From Shigella phage A2, in sequence record OP197928: a DNA stretch of 64,000 nucleotides. One strand, 5' to 3'. The position numbers and the translations under genes were made by a program. This document shows positions 18,578 to 28,288 of this stretch, in pieces (position 1 is the stretch's first letter; each line of letters begins with the position of its first letter). The notes below the pieces were generated by a model that had not been told where the DNA came from, searched no databases, and saw nothing but the letters and a program-made list of their open reading frames with translations.

Positions 18578-18871
18578 TTACTCACCTACCACTTCAGCGA
18601 TGATATTTTTGTTATTAAAGTTTTTATCGCAATACAGAACATAATTATACTGCATTACACCACCAGACTTAAGCTGTTTTTGTACTTCAGCTTTCATTTC
18701 AGGACGATCACGCTCAACGATATTCATAATATCCGCTTCAATTTGAGTTTCAACTTCAGTCTGATCTGCAGTCATAGACCATTCACACAAATCTTTATCA
18801 TAACCTGCCATAGCAGGCTGAGCAGCACAAGAAGCCAAAGTAAAAATTGTAGCAAAAATAAATTTTTTCAT
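18578..18871 (-). CDS. sp: periplasmic protein, probable Spackle (Sp, superinfection exclusion), 97 aa
   Basis: signal peptide MKKFIFATIFTLASCAAQPAMA; 97 aa; in the 61.x cluster as T4 sp. Confidence 0.55.
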   Translation of the reverse strand: MKKFIFATIFTLASCAAQPAMAGYDKDLCEWSMTADQTEVETQIEADIMNIVERDRPEMKAEVQKQLKSGGVMQYNYVLYCDKNFNNKNIIAEVVGE

Positions 18872-18899
18872 GATAATCTCCTCAGTAGTTTATGTTTAT

Positions 18900-18929
18900 A
18901 TAGTATCTCAATTTCCAACAAAAGTAAAC
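18900..18929 (-). promoter_or_regulatory. early promoter upstream of sp
   Basis: reverse complement GTTTACttttgttggaaattgagaTACTAT. Confidence 0.5.
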
Positions 18930-18931
18930 AG

Positions 18932-19189
18932 CTATTTTAAAACTTCTGCATAATCACATGTTACAAACTGTTTCTCTAGCTTAACGATCTTACGAAAATG
19001 CCTTTTACACTGACGAATCTGCCTCTTCGTAGGACGTACAACAAACTTAATAAATTCCACTCGACCAAATGGAGGACTTTCTTCTGCTGGAATATCTAGC
19101 ACCAATTCCCACGTATCTGCAATAAGTGCTTTGAATTGAGTATTTTTCCTGGCGTTATACGGAGTAGGTTTAAATAAAACAATATGCAT
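18932..19189 (-). CDS. hypothetical protein (61.4 position), 85 aa
   Basis: minus-strand ORF. Confidence 0.45.
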   Translation of the reverse strand: MHIVLFKPTPYNARKNTQFKALIADTWELVLDIPAEESPPFGRVEFIKFVVRPTKRQIRQCKRHFRKIVKLEKQFVTCDYAEVLK

Positions 19190-19190
19190 A

Positions 19191-19373
19191 TTATCCTCGG
19201 CAATCTACTTCACATACTTTCTTGTCATCAATGAAAGCTTTAACTAATGCTTTATTAACTTCAGCATATTGAGTAGTAGCCCATTGAACGTCATCTTTCA
19301 TCATTGTGGTTTCTTTAGTAAACATGCTTTCATTCTTAAACCACCCCATAAAAACTACCTTTACCAATTCCAT
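19191..19373 (-). CDS. dmd: Dmd antitoxin (inhibitor of RnlA/LsoA), 60 aa
   Basis: 60 aa, MELVKVVFMGWF... immediately upstream of gene 41 position; own early promoter. Confidence 0.65.
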   Translation of the reverse strand: MELVKVVFMGWFKNESMFTKETTMMKDDVQWATTQYAEVNKALVKAFIDDKKVCEVDCRG

Positions 19374-19403
19374 AACAATCTCCTCATTTAACCAACAAGA
19401 CTA

Positions 19404-19433
19404 CTATACCATAGTCTCGTCAGCTTGTAAACT
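19404..19433 (-). promoter_or_regulatory. early promoter upstream of dmd
   Basis: reverse complement GTTTACaagctgacgagactatggTATAGT. Confidence 0.55.
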
Positions 19434-20859
19434 AAAATTTTAATTCATTCGCCAAAGCATCTAACTGAGCTCGAGTGGATTCATTTCTTTGATAGCGATT
19501 CTGCTCAGCTTGTATCTGTTGTGAACCTGCTACCTCACTCACTTCAGTTGGAGTAGAATCTTGTTCAATTTCTACCCATTTCTGATTTCCTTTTTGAACA
19601 CCCATCAAAAACTTATTCCATTTGTTCTTATCGCCATATCGTGATTTGATTTGCTTAATGAGTTGTTGTTCAGCAGCTGCTAGCTCCTCGGTTTCAATGA
19701 CCGCAAGCATAAAATCGGCTGTCGCTGGAAGACCAGCCGATTCTGCGATATCACTCATGTTAACATCAGAAGAATCCCAAGCCTGTTTACCAACCTGAGC
19801 TGCAGTCCAAAGAACAGTTTCGGTTTCAACAGCCAGAGCACGCAATTCCTCTGCAATAGCTTTAACAGTTGTGTAACTATTTTCTGAATAAACTCTGATG
19901 CGGCAAGATTTACAAATACCCAGATAGTCGACAATAATGATTGTTGGAACAAAATTCTTCTTGAGCTTCAATTCGTTTAAAAGTGATCGAAATGTATTAG
20001 CATCTGCTCCACCAGTAGGATACTGTTTAACGATTAAACGACCGAGAGTAGATTTCTCACGCCATTTTTCCATTTTTCCTTTATACTCAGCGTAAGAAAT
20101 ATGCCCATCATCAATGTCATCAAGAGAAACATCAAGCATATTAGCGTCAATACGTTTAGCGCAGACTTCTTCTGCCATTTCCATGGAAATGTAAAGAACA
20201 TTATGTCCGAGCTGTAAATAATCTGCCGCTAATGAACACAATCCTAATGACTTACCAACGTTAACACCAGCCATTAAAACGTTCAGTGTTCCAGTTTCAG
20301 CTCCGCCTTTAGTAATTTTGTTTAGAATTCTGAGTTTAAATGGAACCTTACGAGCTTTATTCATATAAGATAGCCAACGTGCTTCGTAGTCATCCATCCA
20401 ATCATGACCAACGTAACTATCAAATGAAATTGATAATGCTTGGCGCATGATGTCAGGAATAGCACCAACATCCGGCATTTTCTTATTTCGTTTTTCCGGA
20501 GGAAGCTCAGCATTAGTTTGAATTTCGATTATTTTAGACGTAGCATTAAACATCGCCTTTTGCTGAACATATTTTTCTGTTTCTTTTACTAACCAGCTGT
20601 GGTCTTCTGGAGAATCAGCCAGTTTTGAAATAAGTGTTTTTACACCAGAATATTCTGTTTCAGTAAATGAACTATTTTCTAATGCAACATTTAACGCATT
20701 AATAGATGGAACGCTATGATACTCATTAACATGAGATTTAATTAATTTGAATGTATTTTTAGCTGGACCACTTTCAAAATATTCTGAATCCATATATGGC
20801 CAAACTTTTGAAAAATAAGCTTGATCAAATATGAGATGAGAAAGAATAATTTCTACCAC
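19432..20859 (-). CDS. 41: replicative DNA helicase gp41 (DnaB-like), 475 aa
   Basis: Walker A GVNVGKS; 475 aa. Confidence 0.9.
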   Translation of the reverse strand: MVEIILSHLIFDQAYFSKVWPYMDSEYFESGPAKNTFKLIKSHVNEYHSVPSINALNVALENSSFTETEYSGVKTLISKLADSPEDHSWLVKETEKYVQQKAMFNATSKIIEIQTNAELPPEKRNKKMPDVGAIPDIMRQALSISFDSYVGHDWMDDYEARWLSYMNKARKVPFKLRILNKITKGGAETGTLNVLMAGVNVGKSLGLCSLAADYLQLGHNVLYISMEMAEEVCAKRIDANMLDVSLDDIDDGHISYAEYKGKMEKWREKSTLGRLIVKQYPTGGADANTFRSLLNELKLKKNFVPTIIIVDYLGICKSCRIRVYSENSYTTVKAIAEELRALAVETETVLWTAAQVGKQAWDSSDVNMSDIAESAGLPATADFMLAVIETEELAAAEQQLIKQIKSRYGDKNKWNKFLMGVQKGNQKWVEIEQDSTPTEVSEVAGSQQIQAEQNRYQRNESTRAQLDALANELKF

Positions 20860-20868
20860 ACTTACTCC

Positions 20869-21213
20869 TTAAAAGAATTTAAACTTTTTCTTTGACCTTT
20901 TATTAAATGCATCTTGTAGTTGCATTGTAATACATTTTTCTACATGAGGAGCTAACTCAGCTTTTCTTTCTTGGTCAAGAACAGCAAAGTCCATTACGAC
21001 TTTTCCATTAACCCAATCTAATTTTGTCACATACACAATGTGTGTAGAACCATCTTCTAGTTTAATGACAATCTCCTGGATAACATTTTCCATAGCGGAT
21101 TTAATTATCTTAAGAGACTCATTAAAAAGACGTTCTTTTCTTTCTTCTTCCCCCTCCGAAGAGGGGGATTCATCGATAATTTCTAGATCTAAATCTAAAT
21201 CATCTTTATTCAT
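20869..21213 (-). CDS. 40: gp40-like protein (head assembly factor position), about 114 aa
   Basis: ORF between uvsX and 41; start chosen at ATG with GGAAGA SD overlapping uvsX stop. Confidence 0.5.
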   Translation of the reverse strand: MNKDDLDLDLEIIDESPSSEGEEERKERLFNESLKIIKSAMENVIQEIVIKLEDGSTHIVYVTKLDWVNGKVVMDFAVLDQERKAELAPHVEKCITMQLQDAFNKRSKKKFKFF

Positions 21214-22387
21214 TAAATTCTTCCATATCACTTAACTGCTCGAGGTCAGTTTCTAAATCAGCAGCTGATTTACTTTTACTTTCTGGAGATTTAAATTTTT
21301 CAACCTTTGAGTTAATCAATTCATCAACTTCAGCTTCAACAATTTCATTACTATCAATAGCACCTAACTGATAAGCACGTTTAATAGCATCTCGGAATGG
21401 TTGATGCTTAAATAAAGGACCCCAGAATGTGGTGCAGTTGGTATCTTTTGCACGCCAAGATTTTTCTTCGCGAATCATCTCACCGGTTTCTTCATCAAGA
21501 AATTCACGAGCATACCAACCATTTTTAGGTTTTACCACGAATCCTAATTCTAGAGCCATATCTAACAATCCAGAATAAGGATCGATACCGCCGTCAAATT
21601 TAACATCAATAAAGAATTTACTTTTTTCTTTAACGGTACGAGATTTTTCTACATTTAGAACAAATTGATACCCTTGAAGATCAGAACCATCTTTAATCTG
21701 ACGTTTACCGATAATGAATACGGTATCAGCCGAATACATTACGCCTGTACCACCTGTCATCACGGTTTTACTAAACATTTCAATTGTTTCAATTGTATGG
21801 TTAACCGCAACGCACGGAATATTTTTAATGCTAAAATAAGGAGTAACAATACGGAATAATGACTTCAGTGATTTAGCACGAGTCATATCTGCCACAGATT
21901 TTTCATTCAAGGCATCTTCCGTTTCTTTCTTAGAAGCCATATTACCAATTGAGTCGATGAATACAATAACTTTTTCACCGCGCTCAATAGCTTCAAGCTG
22001 ATTCACCATATCAATTTTCAGCTGTTCAACTGACTGGATTGGCGTATGAATTACTCGTTCCGGGTCAACTCCCATTGATCGCAAATAAGCTGGAGTAATA
22101 CCAAATTCGCTATCATAGAATAGACAAACCGCGTCAGGATATTTGTTCAAATACGCCGCAACCATAGTCAAAGACATATTTGATTTAAAGTGTTTAGAAG
22201 GCCCTGCGAAAATAGTTAAACCAGACTGCATACCACCATCAATCGCACCAGAAATAGCAATATTAAGCATTGGAATTTTTGTACGAATTACATCCTTTTC
22301 ATTAAAGAATTTAGATGTAGTCAGTTCAGCAGTCATTTTAGAAGTGGAAGCTTTAATCAAACGGGATTTTAAATCTGCAATAGACAT
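21206..22387 (-). CDS. uvsX: UvsX recombinase (RecA-like), 393 aa
   Basis: RecA fold motifs (GPSKHFKS Walker A); close to T4 UvsX as recalled. Confidence 0.9.
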   Translation of the reverse strand: MSIADLKSRLIKASTSKMTAELTTSKFFNEKDVIRTKIPMLNIAISGAIDGGMQSGLTIFAGPSKHFKSNMSLTMVAAYLNKYPDAVCLFYDSEFGITPAYLRSMGVDPERVIHTPIQSVEQLKIDMVNQLEAIERGEKVIVFIDSIGNMASKKETEDALNEKSVADMTRAKSLKSLFRIVTPYFSIKNIPCVAVNHTIETIEMFSKTVMTGGTGVMYSADTVFIIGKRQIKDGSDLQGYQFVLNVEKSRTVKEKSKFFIDVKFDGGIDPYSGLLDMALELGFVVKPKNGWYAREFLDEETGEMIREEKSWRAKDTNCTTFWGPLFKHQPFRDAIKRAYQLGAIDSNEIVEAEVDELINSKVEKFKSPESKSKSAADLETDLEQLSDMEEFNE

Positions 22388-22440
22388 TCATTTTTTCCAT
22401 AGGCATCATTATATTTTCCTCACTGGTTAAAGATAGAGTA

Positions 22441-22465
22441 ATTATAACACAATAAATTTAGGCAT
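22441..22465 (-). promoter_or_regulatory. possible middle promoter upstream of uvsX (imperfect MotA box)
   Basis: reverse complement ATGCCTAAAtttattgtgtTATAAT. Confidence 0.3.
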
Positions 22466-23307
22466 TAATCAACTGCTATCGGATGAATAGCATTAAACTT
22501 ATGAAATGCTTCTGATTTTTCTTTACGAGAAACACACATGCGAAGAACCTTTAATGGCTCGTCTTCTTCACCCAACGATTTTCGTTTTTCAATATTAGAA
22601 GTTTTCCAACGAGCTTGCTCTGGAAACTCTCTATTGATTTGCTCAAGCGCTCTATTATGTTTAGAATTACTACGAATTGAACTACACCCACCAGGAGCTT
22701 GCGCTTTACCTGATACAACCAGATATTTGAACAAGGCCAAATGCGGATAACCTTGATTAATTAAATTGAGAAATGCATACATATCTTCGCACAAATCAAT
22801 TTTTCCATACCCAATTTGTTCTGTCGTAAGTTTTCCAAGGTCATACCATGTATTCGTGAATCCATATGAATTTTCACGATAATTACCCCAAGATGAAGTA
22901 ATTTTAAAAATAGGTAGACGAGCATGGCCATGATAATACCCGCAATCCATGGCATCCTCAACATATTGAATCAATTCATAGAACTGTTCACGAGTCAATT
23001 GATTGACTTTATCTACGCAACGACGGTCATCTCTTTTTCGCATTGAACTCATACGAATAGTAGTATCATCGTCAATCATCCAGATTCGTTGACCTGCATA
23101 CATATCAGTAATTGCTTTACGAGTACCAGCAATTCCGTTTACATCATCAGGAATAGTTATAATTTTAGCTCTAGACCCATAAGCGTCATAATAAGCTTTT
23201 TCTTCATGTTCACGCACTACAATATGGGGTTCATAATCAGTCGGAAACATATCAAGGGCAGAAACTGCCCCGACCCGCTGATAACTTGGAATTACGAATT
23301 GAATCAT
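22465..23307 (-). CDS. glycosyltransferase in the beta-gt slot; candidate HMC beta-glucosyl-alpha-glucosyltransferase type, 280 aa
   Basis: DxD-type motif IWMIDDDTTI; located between uvsX and 42; length unlike T4 beta-gt (351 aa). Confidence 0.5.
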   Translation of the reverse strand: MIQFVIPSYQRVGAVSALDMFPTDYEPHIVVREHEEKAYYDAYGSRAKIITIPDDVNGIAGTRKAITDMYAGQRIWMIDDDTTIRMSSMRKRDDRRCVDKVNQLTREQFYELIQYVEDAMDCGYYHGHARLPIFKITSSWGNYRENSYGFTNTWYDLGKLTTEQIGYGKIDLCEDMYAFLNLINQGYPHLALFKYLVVSGKAQAPGGCSSIRSNSKHNRALEQINREFPEQARWKTSNIEKRKSLGEEDEPLKVLRMCVSRKEKSEAFHKFNAIHPIAVD

Positions 23308-24044
23308 TTCCACTCACCGTTATAATCTTTTTTCACAATATGAGTTTCGCCAGTATTCCACCAATGATCAACCAAGTAAAAATGACGAGAATATACATGA
23401 AGACTTCCAACATTCCATATAATAGAACCTGCTTTATACTGACGAGTTGAATCGCCTGCATTCAAATCAGATACTAATTTATCTAATACGTATTTTTGCC
23501 ATGCATAATCATTACGGAATCCGAAGACCACGTCATTTGAGCGCATGCTTACTACTGCATTGACTTTCTTGTCACGAATCAGATACTGTACGGTATTCGT
23601 ACACATGAAATCTGACATACCATCTTTATTATAGTCAAACTGCATAGATGGACGAGTATAAATCATGATACCACGTCGAGAATCAGGATTTTGACCAAGT
23701 TCAGCTAAACACATATCATACTGGGCATAGTTATCTTCTGACCAAATAGCCCAACCATAATTCGAGTTAATTTCGCCTTTAGAAGATGCTACCTGCTGCC
23801 AAATCTTTGGTGTTTCACCTGGAATATCTTTAACAAACAAGCTCTTAGATTTATACCATTCAAGTTCGCGCTGAATGTATTCATCATTAAGAGCACCAAA
23901 AATAAACGGTTCATCTGCTACAAATGATGCGCCAATAATTTCAATAGTTTTAACACCAGTTTTATCAACTACGAAATCTTTTTCTTTTAATGCAAGCCCC
24001 AAATGAAGACGGATTTCTTCAACTGTCATAGAGTCACTAATCAT
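23304..24044 (-). CDS. 42: dCMP hydroxymethylase gp42, 246 aa
   Basis: thymidylate-synthase-like fold; 246 aa, N-terminus MISDSMTVEEIRLHLG. Confidence 0.9.
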   Translation of the reverse strand: MISDSMTVEEIRLHLGLALKEKDFVVDKTGVKTIEIIGASFVADEPFIFGALNDEYIQRELEWYKSKSLFVKDIPGETPKIWQQVASSKGEINSNYGWAIWSEDNYAQYDMCLAELGQNPDSRRGIMIYTRPSMQFDYNKDGMSDFMCTNTVQYLIRDKKVNAVVSMRSNDVVFGFRNDYAWQKYVLDKLVSDLNAGDSTRQYKAGSIIWNVGSLHVYSRHFYLVDHWWNTGETHIVKKDYNGEWK

Positions 24045-24151
24045 TTAAACCTCAATTGATACATTCATATTTAACTTGTAACAGTAATAAACCCCAACCT
24101 AAAATAATAGTTGGAATCATAAGAGGAACCGTTACACTATAGTATATACTT

Positions 24152-24177
24152 ATTATAATCATCAAGATTAAAAGCAA
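24152..24177 (-). promoter_or_regulatory. possible middle promoter in imm-42 intergenic region
   Basis: reverse complement TTGCTTTTAatcttgatgatTATAAT. Confidence 0.35.
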
Positions 24178-24197
24178 CACTGTTATAATTTTGCTTT

Positions 24198-24449
24198 TCA
24201 TTCCTTCTCTCTGATGATAATTACCTGATTTGGTTGTGCAGACTTTTTAGTTTCACCCGCAATTGACCAAATAAATGTAATAAACCAACCAATAATTGAC
24301 CAGTTAAACAGTAAAGATGTGAAAAAGATTCCTACTGTCGATTTTGACCCACGCATCAAAGCAATAAACCATGGAAGCATGTATATAATAATAGCCAACA
24401 CACCTGAAACTAAAACCATAAAAATTGAACCTGCTACTAAAGTTTCCAT
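24198..24449 (-). CDS. imm: immunity (superinfection exclusion) membrane protein Imm, 83 aa
   Basis: 83 aa, two hydrophobic TM segments. Confidence 0.7.
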   Translation of the reverse strand: METLVAGSIFMVLVSGVLAIIIYMLPWFIALMRGSKSTVGIFFTSLLFNWSIIGWFITFIWSIAGETKKSAQPNQVIIIREKE

Positions 24450-24464
24450 ATTTTCCTCACTTAG

Positions 24465-24836
24465 TCAAATTTTTACGCATGAATTATAAGAATTCACTAC
24501 ATACTCCATCGGAGCATTTTTACCAGTACGCCATTGGTAATTATTGGCCCAATTAGCCCAAAGCTCGGCGCAGTAGTTTTCAATTTTTTCTTCGCGTGTA
24601 ATTACATCAGAATTACGATATGCTTGAGCAGATTCATCTGGACGAATAGCTTCGTCAAAATTCGCCTGCATTTGTTCGACTGTTTGCTTTGGAGCTTCTT
24701 TATAACACTTGACATTAGGATTATAAAATTTGCTTGAACAGTTTACAATTTTTCCTGCATCAGACTGATTTACTACCGGTCCTTGAGCTACACAACCAGT
24801 AAGACCTAATGCAATAACCAAAATAGCGATTTTCAT
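24465..24836 (-). CDS. putative lipoprotein, 123 aa
   Basis: signal peptide with lipobox LTGC. Confidence 0.5.
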   Translation of the reverse strand: MKIAILVIALGLTGCVAQGPVVNQSDAGKIVNCSSKFYNPNVKCYKEAPKQTVEQMQANFDEAIRPDESAQAYRNSDVITREEKIENYCAELWANWANNYQWRTGKNAPMEYVVNSYNSCVKI

Positions 24837-24846
24837 AATAATTTCC

Positions 24847-25083
24847 TCAAATGCAAGTAGTAATTACTCCAGTAGTGCTTATGCAGGTATTACCCATTTG
24901 CACACCTAAAGATCCATTTGTATTCACATGAAGATTATCATCAATTTTAACTGATATTTTACCATTAGTGTGAATAACAGTGCTAGATTCAATCACAGGT
25001 TGAGTATCATTTTCAACACTAACAAATGGAACAGCTGCTAATGCAACTAAACACACTGCTAAACAACCATAAACAATTTTCAT
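24847..25083 (-). CDS. small secreted/membrane protein, 78 aa
   Basis: ATG 25081-25083 with GGAGAA SD; N-terminal signal-like MKIVYGCLAVCLVALAAVPFVSV. Confidence 0.45.
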   Translation of the reverse strand: MKIVYGCLAVCLVALAAVPFVSVENDTQPVIESSTVIHTNGKISVKIDDNLHVNTNGSLGVQMGNTCISTTGVITTCI

Positions 25084-25117
25084 TTTATTCTCCAAATCCG
25101 TATCAGTTGATAGTTGT

Positions 25118-25147
25118 ATAGTACCACGGAAGAACAGGGATGTAAAC
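25118..25147 (-). promoter_or_regulatory. early promoter downstream of gene 43 terminator
   Basis: reverse complement GTTTACatccctgttcttccgtggTACTAT. Confidence 0.5.
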
Positions 25148-25228
25148 AGTTTTATGAAAAATTTTTTAATGAATTCCAAAGGTCCAGAATCATCTATTTT
25201 TCTTAAGTATAGATTTATATTACTTGTA

Positions 25229-25252
25229 TGAAAAGGGGACCCGGAGGTCCCT
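25229..25252 (-). terminator. intrinsic terminator downstream of gene 43
   Basis: GGGACC-UCCG-GGUCCC followed by CUUUU. Confidence 0.65.
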
Positions 25253-25264
25253 AGATTTATTCTA

Positions 25265-27961
25265 TCAGCCAAACAGGAAGTCTAACGAAGCTTTTTCCTC
25301 ATAGTCCATACCTGCCGATTCACACATACCCGCAAGTGGTTTAACAAACGATTTTTGGAACAAAGTTGAGTAGTCAATCCAAGACAGTACGTCAGAACGA
25401 ATTTCTTTTGGAAGTTCTGTGCCCGACGGCCAAGCAATGCACTTATCACCAAACGGATTTCCTTCACGTAATGGAAGAACCATTACTTTATTTCCATCCA
25501 AAATTGGAGCTACACCTAAACCGTTAACAGCTCGACGATAAGTTAGCACACCACGAATATGGAACGGGCATTTAAACCCTGGCCAACCTTTATCATCATA
25601 TTTCGCTATATCGTTCGCGGTTTTTACTTCAGCAATAACTTTATAGTCAAGCTGACGATATTCTTTCTCGAAGTTCTTGTAATATTCTTGGACAGACTCT
25701 TCACCTTCCTGAAGAATACGACGGATACTTTCTTCAAGAGCTTCTTGGACCGCTTTAGGCGTTGAACTTTGCTGAGTTTCCATACCCATGATTTTTAGAT
25801 GCGGTTCAGCAAATCGCTTATCTTCCATATCATAAACGTTCAGAGCATAACGCTTTTTCGCTTTCCAAAATCCACCAACGCCCTTTGAACCAAGTGGAGG
25901 GCAAGAAATAGCTTCACGGTCCATATGCATCAGATGCTCGCGGTTATTCATATAATCACATAACTCACGATATGCAACATCAATCATAGGTTCCATCTTT
26001 TTCTTACCGAACTGATTCATGAATTCAACTAAATCGTTCTGCTCTTTGAATCGGTCAAGACCAACTTTTTCAATAACTTTATCTACACAAACATATACCG
26101 AATCAGTATCACCTGCTGCGATGAAATCTTCACCATTAGTTCCGCATACTTTATTCAGATATTCATTAATTTTACGAGCAATCCACTGAATACCAACTTG
26201 GCCGAAAATTGTGATAGCAGTAGCATTTCGCAAATCATAGTAACGGAAATGAATATTACCAAGAGCACCATAAAGACTGTTAATAAGAATTTTACGGTTC
26301 AGCTGATTTGTGTTAGCAAGTGTAGCTGCTTTTTCACATTCTTCGATCAGACTATTAAGAACAGATTCAGTGTAATTCGATAATTCATTTAAGAAATCAT
26401 CACTGAACTTAACATATCGTTCAACTTCAGGTTTAGTTGAACAAGACCCTGCGCCTTTCATAATAATCTTTTTAATAGCTTCGGCATTCATTTCTTCAGC
26501 GAACATTTTCTTTTTCCAATCTTTACGCTGGAAAAATACTTTAGCGATTTCCTTTGGAATGATACCTTCTTGATGCTTATCATACATCCATCCATTCGGA
26601 GAACAAGAATATTCATCACTTGGTTTAGGAGCTGTTCCTGCGATATATTCATGAATTGGATGAACTTTAAACTGACCACGAATAGTCTCAGGACTAATGT
26701 TAACCTGACGAATAATGCTCGGATACAGAGACGTCAAGTCAAAACTCATAATATATCGACGAGCAATTGGTTTAGGTTCAAACACAAATGCACCCGGAAA
26801 ACTCTGTTTAACATGCGAACCTTGTTGAGGAATAACCTTATGTTCACCTTTCAATGAGTTAAAAATAATGGCATCCCAGGTTTTAATAGGACTCATTACA
26901 CCAGAAAAAGGCATTTTAGCGTAATAAGACATACTTAAAACTAGATCGATAAACCCGCGAATTTTATCAATTGCTTGAACTGATTCTACGTCAATGATGT
27001 TATAACTAATGTATCGTTGATGATTAGTCTCACGAAGTTTATTAATAGGACCGTCGTATGGTAATTTACCTTTTTTGGTTTCATGCTGAGCAACTGATTC
27101 CAAAGAGAACGATGGCAAATTAGTAAATGCGAACTTCTTGTATAAATCTAAATAATCAAGAATAGATACGCCATCAATAGAATAAATTTCTTTGCTACCG
27201 TACATATTTTGAATTAGTTTAGATTTTACTCGACCGATTGGAGAGAAGCGTTTCATACTGCGTTCACCGAGAACCATTTTAACACGGTTCATGATATACG
27301 GAACGTCAAATCCCTCAATATTCCAACCGGTAAAAATAGCAGGTCGTTTCTGTTCCCAAAGATTGATATATTCCATGAGCATATCACGCTCATTATCGAA
27401 TGGCATATAAATTACTCGGTCAAGAATTTCTTGAGGAACTTCATCACCACCTTCACAGTCAAGCTTAGCAGCTAATTTTGCATCCCATTTTGATACTGAA
27501 CCGTACATTGAATTCAACAAATCAAAGACGTAAAAACGATCGTCAATTGAATCATAATGAGTGATAGCATCAATTTCATATTCTGCTTTCATTGGGTCAG
27601 GAAATTTATCACCAGTAACCTCAATGTCACAGTTAGCTACACGAACAAATTTTCGGTCATAAACAATTTCTGAACCATATGTATCACTGATATAAGCGAG
27701 TTTAAAATCGTTCATACCGAGAGCTTCGAGACCGATGTCTTCCATCCGCTTCATCCAGTCTCGTGCATCTTTCATTGATGGAAATTTTTGAGGAGCGCAA
27801 TTTTTACCATAAATGTCTTTGTATTTTGACTCTTCCTTACAATGCCTAAACATAGTCGGAAGATATTCTACTTCACGAGTACGTTCCTTTCCGTTTTCAT
27901 CAATATAACGTTCAACAATGTTATTTCCGACTGTTTCGATAGAGATATAAAATTCTTTCAT
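25265..27961 (-). CDS. 43: DNA polymerase gp43 (family B), 898 aa
   Basis: 898 aa; exonuclease and polymerase motifs (DIE, YGDTDS); translational operator hairpin upstream. Confidence 0.95.
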   Translation of the reverse strand: MKEFYISIETVGNNIVERYIDENGKERTREVEYLPTMFRHCKEESKYKDIYGKNCAPQKFPSMKDARDWMKRMEDIGLEALGMNDFKLAYISDTYGSEIVYDRKFVRVANCDIEVTGDKFPDPMKAEYEIDAITHYDSIDDRFYVFDLLNSMYGSVSKWDAKLAAKLDCEGGDEVPQEILDRVIYMPFDNERDMLMEYINLWEQKRPAIFTGWNIEGFDVPYIMNRVKMVLGERSMKRFSPIGRVKSKLIQNMYGSKEIYSIDGVSILDYLDLYKKFAFTNLPSFSLESVAQHETKKGKLPYDGPINKLRETNHQRYISYNIIDVESVQAIDKIRGFIDLVLSMSYYAKMPFSGVMSPIKTWDAIIFNSLKGEHKVIPQQGSHVKQSFPGAFVFEPKPIARRYIMSFDLTSLYPSIIRQVNISPETIRGQFKVHPIHEYIAGTAPKPSDEYSCSPNGWMYDKHQEGIIPKEIAKVFFQRKDWKKKMFAEEMNAEAIKKIIMKGAGSCSTKPEVERYVKFSDDFLNELSNYTESVLNSLIEECEKAATLANTNQLNRKILINSLYGALGNIHFRYYDLRNATAITIFGQVGIQWIARKINEYLNKVCGTNGEDFIAAGDTDSVYVCVDKVIEKVGLDRFKEQNDLVEFMNQFGKKKMEPMIDVAYRELCDYMNNREHLMHMDREAISCPPLGSKGVGGFWKAKKRYALNVYDMEDKRFAEPHLKIMGMETQQSSTPKAVQEALEESIRRILQEGEESVQEYYKNFEKEYRQLDYKVIAEVKTANDIAKYDDKGWPGFKCPFHIRGVLTYRRAVNGLGVAPILDGNKVMVLPLREGNPFGDKCIAWPSGTELPKEIRSDVLSWIDYSTLFQKSFVKPLAGMCESAGMDYEEKASLDFLFG

Positions 27962-27962
27962 A

Positions 27963-27997
27963 GATATTCCTTAGTTTATAGCCCGAGTTATTAGGCT
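27963..27997 (-). promoter_or_regulatory. gene 43 translational operator (autogenous repression hairpin plus SD)
   Basis: minus-strand RNA AGCCUAAUAACUCGGGCU (5-bp stem, 8-nt loop) followed by AAGGAA SD and AUG, as described for T4 gene 43. Confidence 0.65.
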
Positions 27998-28020
27998 CTT
28001 GATATATTATACTCCAAATA

Positions 28021-28036
28021 AGGGGCCGAAGCCCCT
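28021..28036 (-). terminator. UUCG-tetraloop stem-loop upstream of gene 43 operator
   Basis: AGGGGC-UUCG-GCCCCU. Confidence 0.45.
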
Positions 28037-28041
28037 TTGCT

Positions 28042-28278
28042 TTAAATTTCTATTGTGCGACGCGATATAACGGACTTGCCATCTTTATTTGTGGTTTTGA
28101 TAATCGCATGAAATGCGAGCTGGTGCGGGTAAACTAATCGTTGGAATTCTTTTTGGAATTCTATTTGTTTATCTTCCGGGAGGTCAAAAACCAGTTGGGT
28201 AGAAGACAGACCATATGTTTGTTTTAGATTTTCGAATATTAGAAAAGCTTCGGTAAACTGAATCTCTGATTGCGTCAT
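28042..28278 (-). CDS. hypothetical protein between regA and 43, 78 aa
   Basis: ATG 28276-28278 10 nt after regA stop. Confidence 0.4.
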   Translation of the reverse strand: MTQSEIQFTEAFLIFENLKQTYGLSSTQLVFDLPEDKQIEFQKEFQRLVYPHQLAFHAIIKTTNKDGKSVISRRTIEI

Positions 28279-28288
28279 ATAATTTGCC

